A stretch of DNA of 64,000 nt from Acidimicrobiia bacterium (GTDB lineage Bacteria > Actinomycetota > Acidimicrobiia > IMCC26256 > PALSA-610): positions 6,206-70,205 of the forward strand of contig JBBSFB010000009.1 of NCBI GenBank assembly GCA_038239145.1. Reading direction: 5' to 3'. A model generated the notes under the pieces. That model worked only from the letters and a program-made list of their open reading frames with translations, made no database searches and was not told where the DNA came from. The translations under genes and the position numbers were made by a program. Positions within the stretch are counted from its first letter, which is position 1; the number at the start of each line of letters is the position of its first letter. Shown here one piece after another: positions 20,880 to 28,899 of this stretch.

Positions 20880-21675
20880 CCGCGAGCCTCGCCCAGTCGG
20901 CCAGCGTCAGCGTCTCCGCTCGGGCTCCGGGGTCGACGTGCGTCCGTGCGAATCGTTCCGCGTCGATGCGGCCGTCGAGTGTGTTCCGGAGCGTCTTGCG
21001 GCGCGTAGCGAAGCCGGCTCGTACCAGCTCGAACATGCGGTCGACGTCGTGCACCTCGACCGGCGGCGCGTCGTGACGCACGAGGCGTACCAACGCGCTC
21101 TCGACCTTGGGCTTGGGGATGAAGACGTTCGGCGACACGGTGCCCATCACTTTCGCGGTCGCGTAGTAGGCCACCTTGACCGACACGGCACCATACGCGT
21201 CGTCACCGACCCCGGCCGCGAGGCGCTCACCGACTTCGCGCTGCACCATCACCAACATGCGCTCGATCATCGGCGCCGACTCCAGCGCGCGCATCACGAC
21301 GGGTGTGGCGACGTTGTACGGCAGGTTCGCCACCATGATCCAACGATCGGTCGCGGCGAGCCGCTCGCCCCAGTCCACGCGCGTGGCGTCGTCGTTCACC
21401 ACTTCCACGTCGCGTCCTGCGATCATCTCCTCGAGCGGTGCGACCAGGTGCCGATCGAGTTCGATCGCGCACACGTGCACACCCGCGTCGGCCAGTGGCA
21501 GCGTGAGCGAACCGACGCCGGGGCCGACTTCCACGACGTGATCACCCGGCACGAGCTCCGCGATCCGCACGATCCGGCGGGCGGTGTTCTCGTCGGCGAG
21601 GAAGTTCTGGCCGAGCGCCTTCGACGGATGGACGCCGTGACGCGTCAGCAGCTCCTGGATCGCGCTCGGGGTCAC
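20872..21675 (-). CDS. rsmA: 16S rRNA (adenine1518/1519-N6)-dimethyltransferase
   Basis: KALGQNFLADEN and VVEVGPGVGSLT SAM motifs plus NLPYNVATP. Start set to the GTG at 21675, giving a GTGA overlap with the tatD stop. The track ORF to 21936 is an extension. Confidence 0.92.
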   Translation of the reverse strand: MTPSAIQELLTRHGVHPSKALGQNFLADENTARRIVRIAELVPGDHVVEVGPGVGSLTLPLADAGVHVCAIELDRHLVAPLEEMIAGRDVEVVNDDATRVDWGERLAATDRWIMVANLPYNVATPVVMRALESAPMIERMLVMVQREVGERLAAGVGDDAYGAVSVKVAYYATAKVMGTVSPNVFIPKPKVESALVRLVRHDAPPVEVHDVDRMFELVRAGFATRRKTLRNTLDGRIDAERFARTHVDPGARAETLTLADWARLADA

Positions 21676-22433
21676 CGGTCGACGCCGAAGACCCGGCCCG
21701 CATTCGCCCGGGTCAGCGCGGCGATCTCGTCGGGCTCGACCTCCCGGGCCCGCGCGAGCGCGGCGCCCACCACCGCCACCAGCGCGGGTTCGTTCGGCCT
21801 GCCCCGGAACGGTTCCGGCGTGAGGAACGGCGAGTCGGTCTCGACGAGAATCCGATCGGCGCGCGCGATGCGCGCCGCTTCCCGCAACGCTTCCGCGTTC
21901 TTGAACGACACGATGCCACTGAACGACAGATAGCACCCACGGTCGAGCGCACGGCGGGCTTCGTCGGGACCACCGGTGAAGCAGTGGAAGATCGTGCGCT
22001 CGGGAACGCCGACATCGTCGAGGACGCGAAACGTGTCGTCCCAGGCGTCACGGGAGTGGATGACGAGCGGTTTCGCGATGTCGTTGGCCAGCCGTACCTG
22101 GAAGCGGAATGCGGTCTCCTGCTCGTCGCGGGGTGAGTGCTCGTAGAACAGGTCGAAGCCGCATTCGCCGATCGCGACGCACCCATCGGATACCGCGAGC
22201 GGCTCGAGCAGGCTCCATTCGACCGCGAGCTTCGACGCGTCGTGCGGGTGCAGACCTACCGCCGCGTACACGTCGGGATGGCCGTCGGCGAGTACGAGTG
22301 CAGCTTGCGACGTCTCGAGATCGGTACCGACGCACACCATCCACTCGACGCCCGCCGCGCGGGCCCGGGCGATCGCTTCGGTCCCGCCGTCGAGTTGCAG
22401 ATGGCAGTGGGAATCGACCCAGCCCGCGCTCAC
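21672..22433 (-). CDS. tatD: TatD family metal-dependent hydrolase
   Basis: WVDSHCHLQL..., GECGFDLFY, VIHSRDAWDD, HCFTGG and ETDSPFLTP motifs. Start set to the GTG at 22433, giving a GTGA overlap with the metG stop. Confidence 0.9.
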   Translation of the reverse strand: MSAGWVDSHCHLQLDGGTEAIARARAAGVEWMVCVGTDLETSQAALVLADGHPDVYAAVGLHPHDASKLAVEWSLLEPLAVSDGCVAIGECGFDLFYEHSPRDEQETAFRFQVRLANDIAKPLVIHSRDAWDDTFRVLDDVGVPERTIFHCFTGGPDEARRALDRGCYLSFSGIVSFKNAEALREAARIARADRILVETDSPFLTPEPFRGRPNEPALVAVVGAALARAREVEPDEIAALTRANAGRVFGVDR

Positions 22434-23944
22434 GAGTCTTTGCGCGGGAACAGGGGGTCGCCCTTCTCCAGCGTCGCACCCACCGGCAACCGGCCCCAAG
22501 CCGCGGCGGCAGGCAACCGCTCGTCTTCCGGCCGCCCGGCACAACCGAGGCGACGCCACAGCTCGGCCGCCGCGTTCGGGATCACGGGCGACGCGAGCAG
22601 CGCGACGATGCGCAACGACTCGAGACAGTCGCCGAGCACGGCCGCGACCGCGGCTGTATCCCCCTGCTTGTTGAGCTCCCAGGGCTTGGAGTCCTCGATG
22701 TACGCGTTGGCGGCGCGGATGAGGTCCCAGACCGCGGAGAGCCCACCCGCGAAGTCGAGCCGGGTGAACGCTTCGGTGATCCCGTCGAACGCACTCGTCG
22801 CCACCTCTCGGAGCGGACCGTCGGCGCGGGCGTCGGGGACGACACCGCCGCAGTAATTCATGGCCATGTTCAGCACGCGGTTCGCGAGGTTGCCGAAGTT
22901 GTTGGCGAGATCGGCGTTGTACCGCTGCACCATCTGTTCGTAGGAGAAGTCACCGTCGGGCCCGAAGCGCTGGTCGGCCATGAAGTGGTAGCGGAAGCCG
23001 TCGACACCGAAATCGGCGACGAGGTCGGCCGGTGCGATCTGGTTCAGGCCGGTCTTGCTCATCTTCTCGCCCCCGACGAGCAACCAGCCGTGGGCAAACA
23101 CACAGCGCGGCGGTTCGAGACCGGCCGCCATGAGCATCGCGGGCCAATACACCGCGTGAAACCGCAGGATGTCCTTGCCGACCAGGTGGTAGTCGGCGGG
23201 CCACCACTTCTCGAAGCGCGCGTCGTCGCTCGCGTAACCGACTGCAGTGCAGTAGTTGAACAGCGCGTCGACCCACACGTACGCCACGTGCGCAGGGTTC
23301 CACGGGAGCGGCACGCCCCAGTCGATCGACGTTCGGCTCATGGAGAAGTCGTTGAGGCCGCCGCGAATGAACCCGAGCACTTCGTTCAGGCGCGACTCGG
23401 GTTGCACCGCCTCCGGGTGCTCGGCGTAATACGCGAGGAGGCGGTCGGTGTAGCGCGAGAGCTTGAAGAAGTAGTTCTGCTCGACCACGTGCTCGATTGC
23501 GGTGCCGTGGATCGGACACTTCCCGTCGACCAGCTCGTCTTCGGAGTAGTACGCCTCGCAGGAGACGCAGTAGAGGCCTTCGTAGGTCGACAGCTCGATG
23601 TCGCCCGCGTCGTAGATCTTCTGCAGGAAGTCCTGCACGGCCGTGTAATGGCGCGGCTCGGTCGTGCGGACGAAGTCGTCGTACGCGATGTCGAGGCTGT
23701 CCCACGTGTCGCGGAAATGCCCCGCGACTTCGTCGACCAGCTGCTGCGGTGTCACGCCGCGGGCCTCGGCCGCCCGCTGGATCTTCAGGCCGTGCTCGTC
23801 GGTCCCGGTCAGGTAGAAGACCTCGTCGCCCCAGAGCCGCCGCCAGCGCGTCAACACGTCACCGGCCACCGTCGTGTAGGCGTGGCCGATGTGCGGGACA
23901 TCGTTGACGTAATAGATCGGGGTCGTGACGTAAAAGCGGGTCAT
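22430..23944 (-). CDS. metG: methionine--tRNA ligase
   Basis: 504 aa; class I HIGH motif (PHIGHAYT) and KMSKS (EKMSKTG), with a typical MetRS N-terminus FYVTTPIYYVND. Confidence 0.97.
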   Translation of the reverse strand: MTRFYVTTPIYYVNDVPHIGHAYTTVAGDVLTRWRRLWGDEVFYLTGTDEHGLKIQRAAEARGVTPQQLVDEVAGHFRDTWDSLDIAYDDFVRTTEPRHYTAVQDFLQKIYDAGDIELSTYEGLYCVSCEAYYSEDELVDGKCPIHGTAIEHVVEQNYFFKLSRYTDRLLAYYAEHPEAVQPESRLNEVLGFIRGGLNDFSMSRTSIDWGVPLPWNPAHVAYVWVDALFNYCTAVGYASDDARFEKWWPADYHLVGKDILRFHAVYWPAMLMAAGLEPPRCVFAHGWLLVGGEKMSKTGLNQIAPADLVADFGVDGFRYHFMADQRFGPDGDFSYEQMVQRYNADLANNFGNLANRVLNMAMNYCGGVVPDARADGPLREVATSAFDGITEAFTRLDFAGGLSAVWDLIRAANAYIEDSKPWELNKQGDTAAVAAVLGDCLESLRIVALLASPVIPNAAAELWRRLGCAGRPEDERLPAAAAWGRLPVGATLEKGDPLFPRKDS

Positions 23945-24019
23945 GGCAGAAAGCGGGTCATGAAGACTCTCATTGTGCCCGACCCCGCCGGGAGACCGAT
24001 CGGCTTTCCGAGACTCGGG

Positions 24020-24349
24020 TCAGCCCTTCAGCTCGACCACGTCGCCGGGCCGCAGCTTCCAGCGCTCGAAGCTGCCCGCACGCGCTTCGATGACGAACGC
24101 GGAACGCCAGACCACGCGGGACATCCGCCGGGGCGCCAGGTGGGCCAGGTGCAACACCACGCCCGACCGGTCGCAGAACGCGACGTCGATCGGGAACCGC
24201 ATGCGAAACGTGTGCACCTGCCGGCAGGGACGAATCACGAACGCGCCTTCGACATCGTCCCTGGCCATGAGCCCGCGCGTGCGCTGACCCCGGGAAGCCG
24301 CCACCTCGGCGGCGGCCAGCACGTCGTCGTCGCGAACCAGCCAGGTCAT
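24020..24349 (-). CDS. DUF192 domain protein
   Basis: 109 aa; ...RGLMARDDVEGAFVI..CRQVHTFRMRFPIDVAFCDRSG.V... matches the DUF192/COG1430 pattern as I recall it. Confidence 0.7.
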   Translation of the reverse strand: MTWLVRDDDVLAAAEVAASRGQRTRGLMARDDVEGAFVIRPCRQVHTFRMRFPIDVAFCDRSGVVLHLAHLAPRRMSRVVWRSAFVIEARAGSFERWKLRPGDVVELKG

Positions 24350-24358
24350 GACCGCTTC

Positions 24359-25384
24359 CTACACGTTGAACCGGATCTCCATGACGTCACCGTCTCGGAC
24401 CTCGTACTCCTTGCCTTCGACTCGCAGCTTCTTCAGCTCCCGTGCCTTGGCCCAGGTCCCGACCCCGAGCAGCTCACGCCAGTCGATCACCTCGGCCCGG
24501 ATGAAGCCACGCTGCAGGTCGCTGTGGATCACGCCCGCGCACTCGGGGGCCTTGGCTCCGGCCCGGAAGGTCCAGGCGCGCGACTCGTCCTCGCCGGTGG
24601 TGAAGAAGGTACGGCGGCCGAGCATCGAGTACGCGGCCTGGGCGACCGAGTCGAGGGCGGACGGTCCGAGCCCGTACGAGTCGCGCATATCCGCCCGATC
24701 CTCCGGGGCGCAGGCCGCGATCTCGGCTTCGATGTCGATCGGGACCGCGAGCACCTCGTCGTCGGCCGGCAGCGGCGCGTCGGTAACCAACTCCTCGCCC
24801 GTGTTGGCGACGATGAGCAGCGGTTTGGTCGTGATGAGGAACACCGGTGCGAGCTTCGTGAGCTCGTCGTCGGTGAACGAGCCCCGACGGATCGGGGTGC
24901 CGTCGGACAGGAGCGCGTGGGCCCGCTCCAGCACCTCGACCTCGGCCAGGATGTCCTTGTCGCCACTCTTGGCCGCCCGCCGTTGCCGGGTGATCCGTTG
25001 CTCGACGCTCGCGAGATCGGCGAGCACCAGCTCCAGCTCCAGCGCGGCGAGGTCGCCTTCGGGATCGGGGACCACCCCGCCGTCGGCAAAGGCGCGCAGC
25101 ACGATCAGGATCGCGTCGCAGTTGCGCAAGCTGCCGAGGAATTTGGCCCCGAGACCTTCTCCCGGCTTCGAACCGGGCGGCAGCGCGAGGTGGACGAGCT
25201 CGAAGCCGGCCGCGACCGTCTTCTTCGAGCGCGCGGCCTCCGTGAGCGCGAGCAGCCGCTCGTCCGGGAGGCTCGCCACCCCGACCGCCGCTTCGTACTC
25301 GCTCGGCACGGGCAGACCAGTGAGCGCGCTGAAAAGGCGGTTAGCGCCCGCGCCGGTGAAACCCACAAGTCCGAGGTTCTCCAT
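24359..25384 (-). CDS. ychF: YchF/OLA1-family protein with degenerate nucleotide-binding motifs
   Basis: Start set to MENLGLVG (25384). Collinear with YchF throughout, including GEGLGAKFL, the coiled-coil insert and the C-terminal TGS domain (FFTTGEDESRAWTFRAGAKAPECAGVIHSDLQRGFIRAEV...RVEGKEYEVRDGDVMEIRFNV). However, G1 reads GFTGAGANRLF rather than GLPNVGKSTLF, and DxxG reads HLAL. Confidence 0.85.
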   Translation of the reverse strand: MENLGLVGFTGAGANRLFSALTGLPVPSEYEAAVGVASLPDERLLALTEAARSKKTVAAGFELVHLALPPGSKPGEGLGAKFLGSLRNCDAILIVLRAFADGGVVPDPEGDLAALELELVLADLASVEQRITRQRRAAKSGDKDILAEVEVLERAHALLSDGTPIRRGSFTDDELTKLAPVFLITTKPLLIVANTGEELVTDAPLPADDEVLAVPIDIEAEIAACAPEDRADMRDSYGLGPSALDSVAQAAYSMLGRRTFFTTGEDESRAWTFRAGAKAPECAGVIHSDLQRGFIRAEVIDWRELLGVGTWAKARELKKLRVEGKEYEVRDGDVMEIRFNV

Positions 25385-25423
25385 CGGGGCGCAGGCTACC
25401 GATCCAGTAGCCTGCACCCCCCT

Positions 25424-25507
25424 ATGAGCAAGAAGACGAAGAAGCGCCGTCTCAAGGCCCGCCGCAACAAGGCGAACCACGGCAAGCGTCCGCGCGCCGG
25501 CCGCTAG
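25424..25507 (+). CDS. probable 50S ribosomal protein bL37-like microprotein (27 aa)
   Basis: MSKKTKKRRLKARRNKANHGKRPRAGR contains the KANHGKRP core that I remember from mycobacterial bL37. It forms the last 27 codons of the otherwise spurious track ORF 22109..25507. The ATG at 25424 is divergent from ychF with a 39-nt spacer. Confidence 0.6.
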   Translation: MSKKTKKRRLKARRNKANHGKRPRAGR

Positions 25508-25528
25508 GAATCGGGCCGGTTCACCCGG

Positions 25529-26017
25529 TTAGCGCGCGCTTTCGCCGATCCAGCGGGCGCCCTTTTCGAGCGCCGCCCGGGGTACGTCTTCCAGGACTCC
25601 GAGGAAGAGGTCGGTGATCGCCGTCTGCGCGAGGTCGGCCCGCCAGGCCGCGTCGGCGCGGGTGAACACCTGGTGGATACCGCAGGCCTTCGTGTACTCC
25701 CGCGCGGGCTGGGCCATCGGGCCCCGGCGCCGGATCTCGCTGCAGCGAAACGCCGACTCGTCGCCGTCGATGGCCTCGACGACGTCGAGGACCGTGATCT
25801 CCGCGGCCGGACGCGCCAGGCGGTACCCGCCGCGCGCGCCTTTGACCGTCGTCAACACCCCCGCACCCGCGAGCGCCTGGAGATGCTTGGCGAGATAGGC
25901 CGCGGGAACGCCGTGGTACTCGGCGAGCTTGGCCGCAGGCAGCGCCGCGTCGGGCGGCAACCCGGCGAGCAGCACGCAGACGTGCACGCCCCATTCGACC
26001 CCGTCCGACAGTCTCAT
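25529..26017 (-). CDS. Rrf2 family transcriptional regulator
   Basis: Start at MRLSDGVEWGVHVCVLLA...; wHTH segment AAKLAEYHGVPAAYLAKHLQALAGAGVLTTVKGARGGYRLARP is a classic Rrf2 signature. Confidence 0.88.
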   Translation of the reverse strand: MRLSDGVEWGVHVCVLLAGLPPDAALPAAKLAEYHGVPAAYLAKHLQALAGAGVLTTVKGARGGYRLARPAAEITVLDVVEAIDGDESAFRCSEIRRRGPMAQPAREYTKACGIHQVFTRADAAWRADLAQTAITDLFLGVLEDVPRAALEKGARWIGESAR

Positions 26018-26021
26018 AACC

Positions 26022-26038
26022 CGGATATTACCTATCCG
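26022..26038. promoter_or_regulatory. AT-rich inverted repeat, candidate Rrf2 operator
   Basis: CGGATA-ttacc-TATCCG lies 5-21 nt upstream of the Rrf2 start, in the 93-nt divergent spacer. It is a conspicuously AT-rich island in GC-rich DNA. Confidence 0.35.
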
Positions 26039-26110
26039 AGAACGGCGGGCGGTCGGGCGCTGACCGCCGCCGCGCTTATCCCCGCGGTCCGGGGACGCGA
26101 CGTCGGTACC

Positions 26111-26611
26111 ATGCCCGTCGTCATGGCCACGATCGACGAAGCCGAGCTGCTCCCCGACGCCGACCAGCACAAGCTGCTGCTCGCCACGTTGGAGCGCGTC
26201 AACCGCACGAGCAACGCGGCCCGGTCCGCCGCACTCCAGGCCAACGCGTTCGAGGGTGCCGCGCTGCGCGACATCGTGAAGGTCGAGATCGAGAAGGCCA
26301 AGCTGCCCGAGCTCCTCGTGCGCCCGGTCGCCGACCGGGTCGAGGAGTCGCTCCGCCGCCGGGCGGGCAAGCAGCAGAAGTTCTCCCAGTACCAGGGCTT
26401 GGCGATGCCGCCCTCGGCGTTCAAGTGGGGCGGCTCCGATCGGGTGACGATGCTCACGGCGTCGGGGCGCCGCACGATCTCGGTGCGCGTCGACCGCAGC
26501 CGCGGCGATCTCCGCCCGCCGCTCGCGGGCCGGCCGGCCGCGCTTGTCTTCCGGAACGGCGAGTTCGAGCTGTGGGCCACCGACGTCGAACGCAAGTCCG
26601 AGGACGACTGA
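26111..26611 (+). CDS. hypothetical protein resembling only the N-terminal (pre-RuvC) part of a TnpB / IS605-OrfB-type protein
   Basis: 166-aa ORF (ATG 26111): ...AELLPDADQHKLLLATLERVNRTSNAARSAALQANAF...ALRDIVKVEIEKAKLP...SAFKWGGSDRVTMLTASGRRTISVRVDRSRGDLRPPLAGRPAALVFRNGEFELWATDVE. The order of elements (L.P..eQ...L..T......n..s..a, then a 'sitting on a beta-hairpin' ...vsl.t..gR..i.v......l.g....a.L..r.G.f.L) matches TnpB N-termini as I remember them. The ORF stops where the RuvC GxDxG motif would begin. No TnpA or IS ends were seen. Confidence 0.4.
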   Translation: MPVVMATIDEAELLPDADQHKLLLATLERVNRTSNAARSAALQANAFEGAALRDIVKVEIEKAKLPELLVRPVADRVEESLRRRAGKQQKFSQYQGLAMPPSAFKWGGSDRVTMLTASGRRTISVRVDRSRGDLRPPLAGRPAALVFRNGEFELWATDVERKSEDD

Positions 26612-26620
26612 ACGACGACC

Positions 26621-27487
26621 TCAGATGGTCGGATCGCTCACTCCGGGCGGGTCGAATCGGCGGACGTGCATCGGCAGGTTGCCCGAGGCCTCGACGAGCA
26701 GTGACTGCACGCCTCGACCGATCGTCCCGCTCGCGTCGTGCAACCGCGTCTCGGCCATGCCGACACCGTGCGGCTGCGCCCACGCCCCCGACTCGAGACA
26801 CACCCATTCGCCCCGGGGATGGCGGTGCGTGTGCACCGTCAGCTCGGGATTGATCGCGTTTGCCTTCGTCAACCGGACGGGGCTGGCGACGCCGCTCCCG
26901 AAGTCGGCCGCGGCTGCGACGCGCGCGATCGGCGAGATGGGCTCCCCCGCGATCACGGGGCATTTCAACCGGAACCACGCGATCCCCGGCCCCGGCTCCT
27001 GCCAGTCGCCGACGACGAGGCGTACGTCATGCACGTTCCAGAAGCCGACCGCGCCCTCACCGAACGGGAAGCGCTGGCTGTCGGCCGCGTCGGGCGGGGG
27101 CGGTGCGACGACGTCGGGATGCACCGAGCCGCTCGTGTCGACCTCGGCCGAACGGATGCGCAGCACCGTCGCGCGCGCGACTTCCTGGTCGCGGTCGTCG
27201 AGCAGCATCGCCTCGATCCACTGCACCTTGCGCCCGGGTCGGATGGTGCGGATGCGCAGCTCCAGCGGCGCGAGGGGAACGGGCCGCATGAGCTCGACGG
27301 TCAGGCGCGCGACGAACGCGGCCGGGCCCGGATCGTGCATCTCGCACAGAGTCGCGAACAACGCGCTCGGTGCCCCGCCGTGCAACGCCTTCGGGCTCCA
27401 CGGCCCACGCGCCAGCGCGGTCGGCACGTAGCGCGAACCGTCGCGCTCGAATATCGCTCCGTGCTGCGCGATCGGATCGTCCGGCAC
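26621..27487 (-). CDS. acyl-CoA thioesterase-like (double hotdog) family protein
   Basis: 288 aa; ...RGPWSPKALHGGAPSALFA... N-terminal pattern and a size typical of the TesB-like/4HBT_3 thioesterase family. Confidence 0.72.
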   Translation of the reverse strand: MPDDPIAQHGAIFERDGSRYVPTALARGPWSPKALHGGAPSALFATLCEMHDPGPAAFVARLTVELMRPVPLAPLELRIRTIRPGRKVQWIEAMLLDDRDQEVARATVLRIRSAEVDTSGSVHPDVVAPPPPDAADSQRFPFGEGAVGFWNVHDVRLVVGDWQEPGPGIAWFRLKCPVIAGEPISPIARVAAAADFGSGVASPVRLTKANAINPELTVHTHRHPRGEWVCLESGAWAQPHGVGMAETRLHDASGTIGRGVQSLLVEASGNLPMHVRRFDPPGVSDPTI

Positions 27488-27496
27488 CGCGGCAAA

Positions 27497-27874
27497 CTAG
27501 CGATTGCTGAGCCCCGACCCCCCGGCGCTCCCGTCGCCGCGTTTGCCCCGCGAGCTGAACGGCCACCACCGACGCTTCTGCCCGTGATCGAGATCACGCA
27601 GCACGTCGGGCTCGGCGGCCTCGACGATCATCTCCGCGTCGTCGAGCAGATCCTGGATGTCCTCGGGCTTCTCGTCGGGCTCGGGCTCCACTCCTGGGCG
27701 CACCAGCGAGCCGGCTACGAACGTCGCGTCGATCAACGTGCGTTCGTACTGCGGGCAGCTGTCCGGGCAGCGCCAAGGCGCCTCGGGCGCGAGATCGAGC
27801 ACGCAGAACCGTGCGATCTCGCCACCCGGATACGTCCGGCTCTCGAAATGACGGCAGTCCTCTCGCATCGCCAT
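27497..27874 (-). CDS. hypothetical Cys-containing protein with an acidic tail
   Basis: Start taken at MAMREDCRHF (27874). Four Cys residues (CRHF...FCVLD...WRCPDSCPQY), then an acidic/Pro-rich region. No family recognised. Confidence 0.5.
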   Translation of the reverse strand: MAMREDCRHFESRTYPGGEIARFCVLDLAPEAPWRCPDSCPQYERTLIDATFVAGSLVRPGVEPEPDEKPEDIQDLLDDAEMIVEAAEPDVLRDLDHGQKRRWWPFSSRGKRGDGSAGGSGLSNR

Positions 27875-27914
27875 GCCCCGAGTGTGCCAGAGCCCGCCCC
27901 ACCCAAAGCCCACC

Positions 27915-27985
27915 CAAAGCGCACCAACAGTTGCGCGAGTTTTCACCGTCTGGTGCTGATTTCTCGCACTTCTGTTGGTGGAGAA
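27915..27985. repeat. nested-hairpin intergenic element, copy B
   Basis: Outer arms CACCAACAG (27922-27930) / CTGTTGGTG (27972-27980), extended by GCGCGAG / CTCGCAC. Inner hairpin CACCgtctGGTG (27944-27955). Shares the blocks CACCAACAGTTG, TTTTC, TGGTGC and CTGTTGGTGGAGAAAT with copy A, and sits the same way, directly after a minus-strand stop codon (27993). Confidence 0.65.
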
Positions 27986-27992
27986 ATGACGG

Positions 27993-28877
27993 TCAGTGCC
28001 AGGGGGGGAGGCGGCGGAGGTAGGCCAATATCGCGTCGGCGGTCTCGCGGGGGCGTTCTTGCTGGGTCCAGTGGCCGCAGTCGTCGATGATCACGCGCTC
28101 CAGGTCGGGCACCCGTTCTTCCATTCCCCCCGTCATCGCGGGAGTGAGCACCGGATCGTCGGCGGCCGAGATCATGAGGCACGGCACGTCGACCGTGCGA
28201 CCCGCGATGCCGGCGGTGAGCTCCCAGTTGCGATCCATGTTCCGGTAGTACTCGATCGGCGGGGTGAGCGCGCCCGCGGGCCGGAACGCGTCCTTGTAGA
28301 CGTCGAGCACCTCGGGCGGGAACGCGTCGGCGTTGCGCGCGGTGAAGCCGAAGATCATCTCGACGAAGTCGTCGGCGCCGCGGCCCCACGATCCGAGCAC
28401 CCACTCCGCGACACCGCGATCTTGGAGCTGGATGATGTACATCGGCGTGTCGACGAAGATCTGACGGAGCAACTGGACCGGGGGAATCGCCGTGCGCGGG
28501 AGGTCGGGCGTGTTGACGCCGATCACGCCCGCGATCCGCTCCGGGTACTGCCGGGCCATGATCCACACGAGGAGGCCGCCCCAGTCGTGACCGGCGATCA
28601 CCGCCCGCTCGCACCCGACCTCGTCGAGGACCCCCACGAGGCACGCGTTGACCCAGTCGCAGTCGTAGGTCACGTCGGGCTTGTCGCTGCGCCCGTATCC
28701 GGGGAGGTCGGGCGCGATCACATGGAAGCCCGCCTCGCCCAGGGCCGCCACTTGATATCTCCACGAGAAGGCGAGCTCGGGAAAGCCGTGCAGCAACAGC
28801 ACGACCGGGCCGTCGAGCGGGCCGGCTTCGAGACAGAAGAGGCGAATTCCGTTGGTCTTCACGAACCGACTGTGCAC
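27993..28877 (-). CDS. alpha/beta hydrolase, epoxide-hydrolase-like
   Basis: HGFPELAFSWRYQ and nucleophile elbow AGHDWGG; C-terminal ...DCGHWTQQERP. Start set to the GTG at 28877 (VHSRFVKTNGIRLF). The track ORF to 29105 overlaps the upstream gene. Confidence 0.87.
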   Translation of the reverse strand: MHSRFVKTNGIRLFCLEAGPLDGPVVLLLHGFPELAFSWRYQVAALGEAGFHVIAPDLPGYGRSDKPDVTYDCDWVNACLVGVLDEVGCERAVIAGHDWGGLLVWIMARQYPERIAGVIGVNTPDLPRTAIPPVQLLRQIFVDTPMYIIQLQDRGVAEWVLGSWGRGADDFVEMIFGFTARNADAFPPEVLDVYKDAFRPAGALTPPIEYYRNMDRNWELTAGIAGRTVDVPCLMISAADDPVLTPAMTGGMEERVPDLERVIIDDCGHWTQQERPRETADAILAYLRRLPPWH

Positions 28878-28899
28878 CCGGCGGACCCTAGTGACGGCG

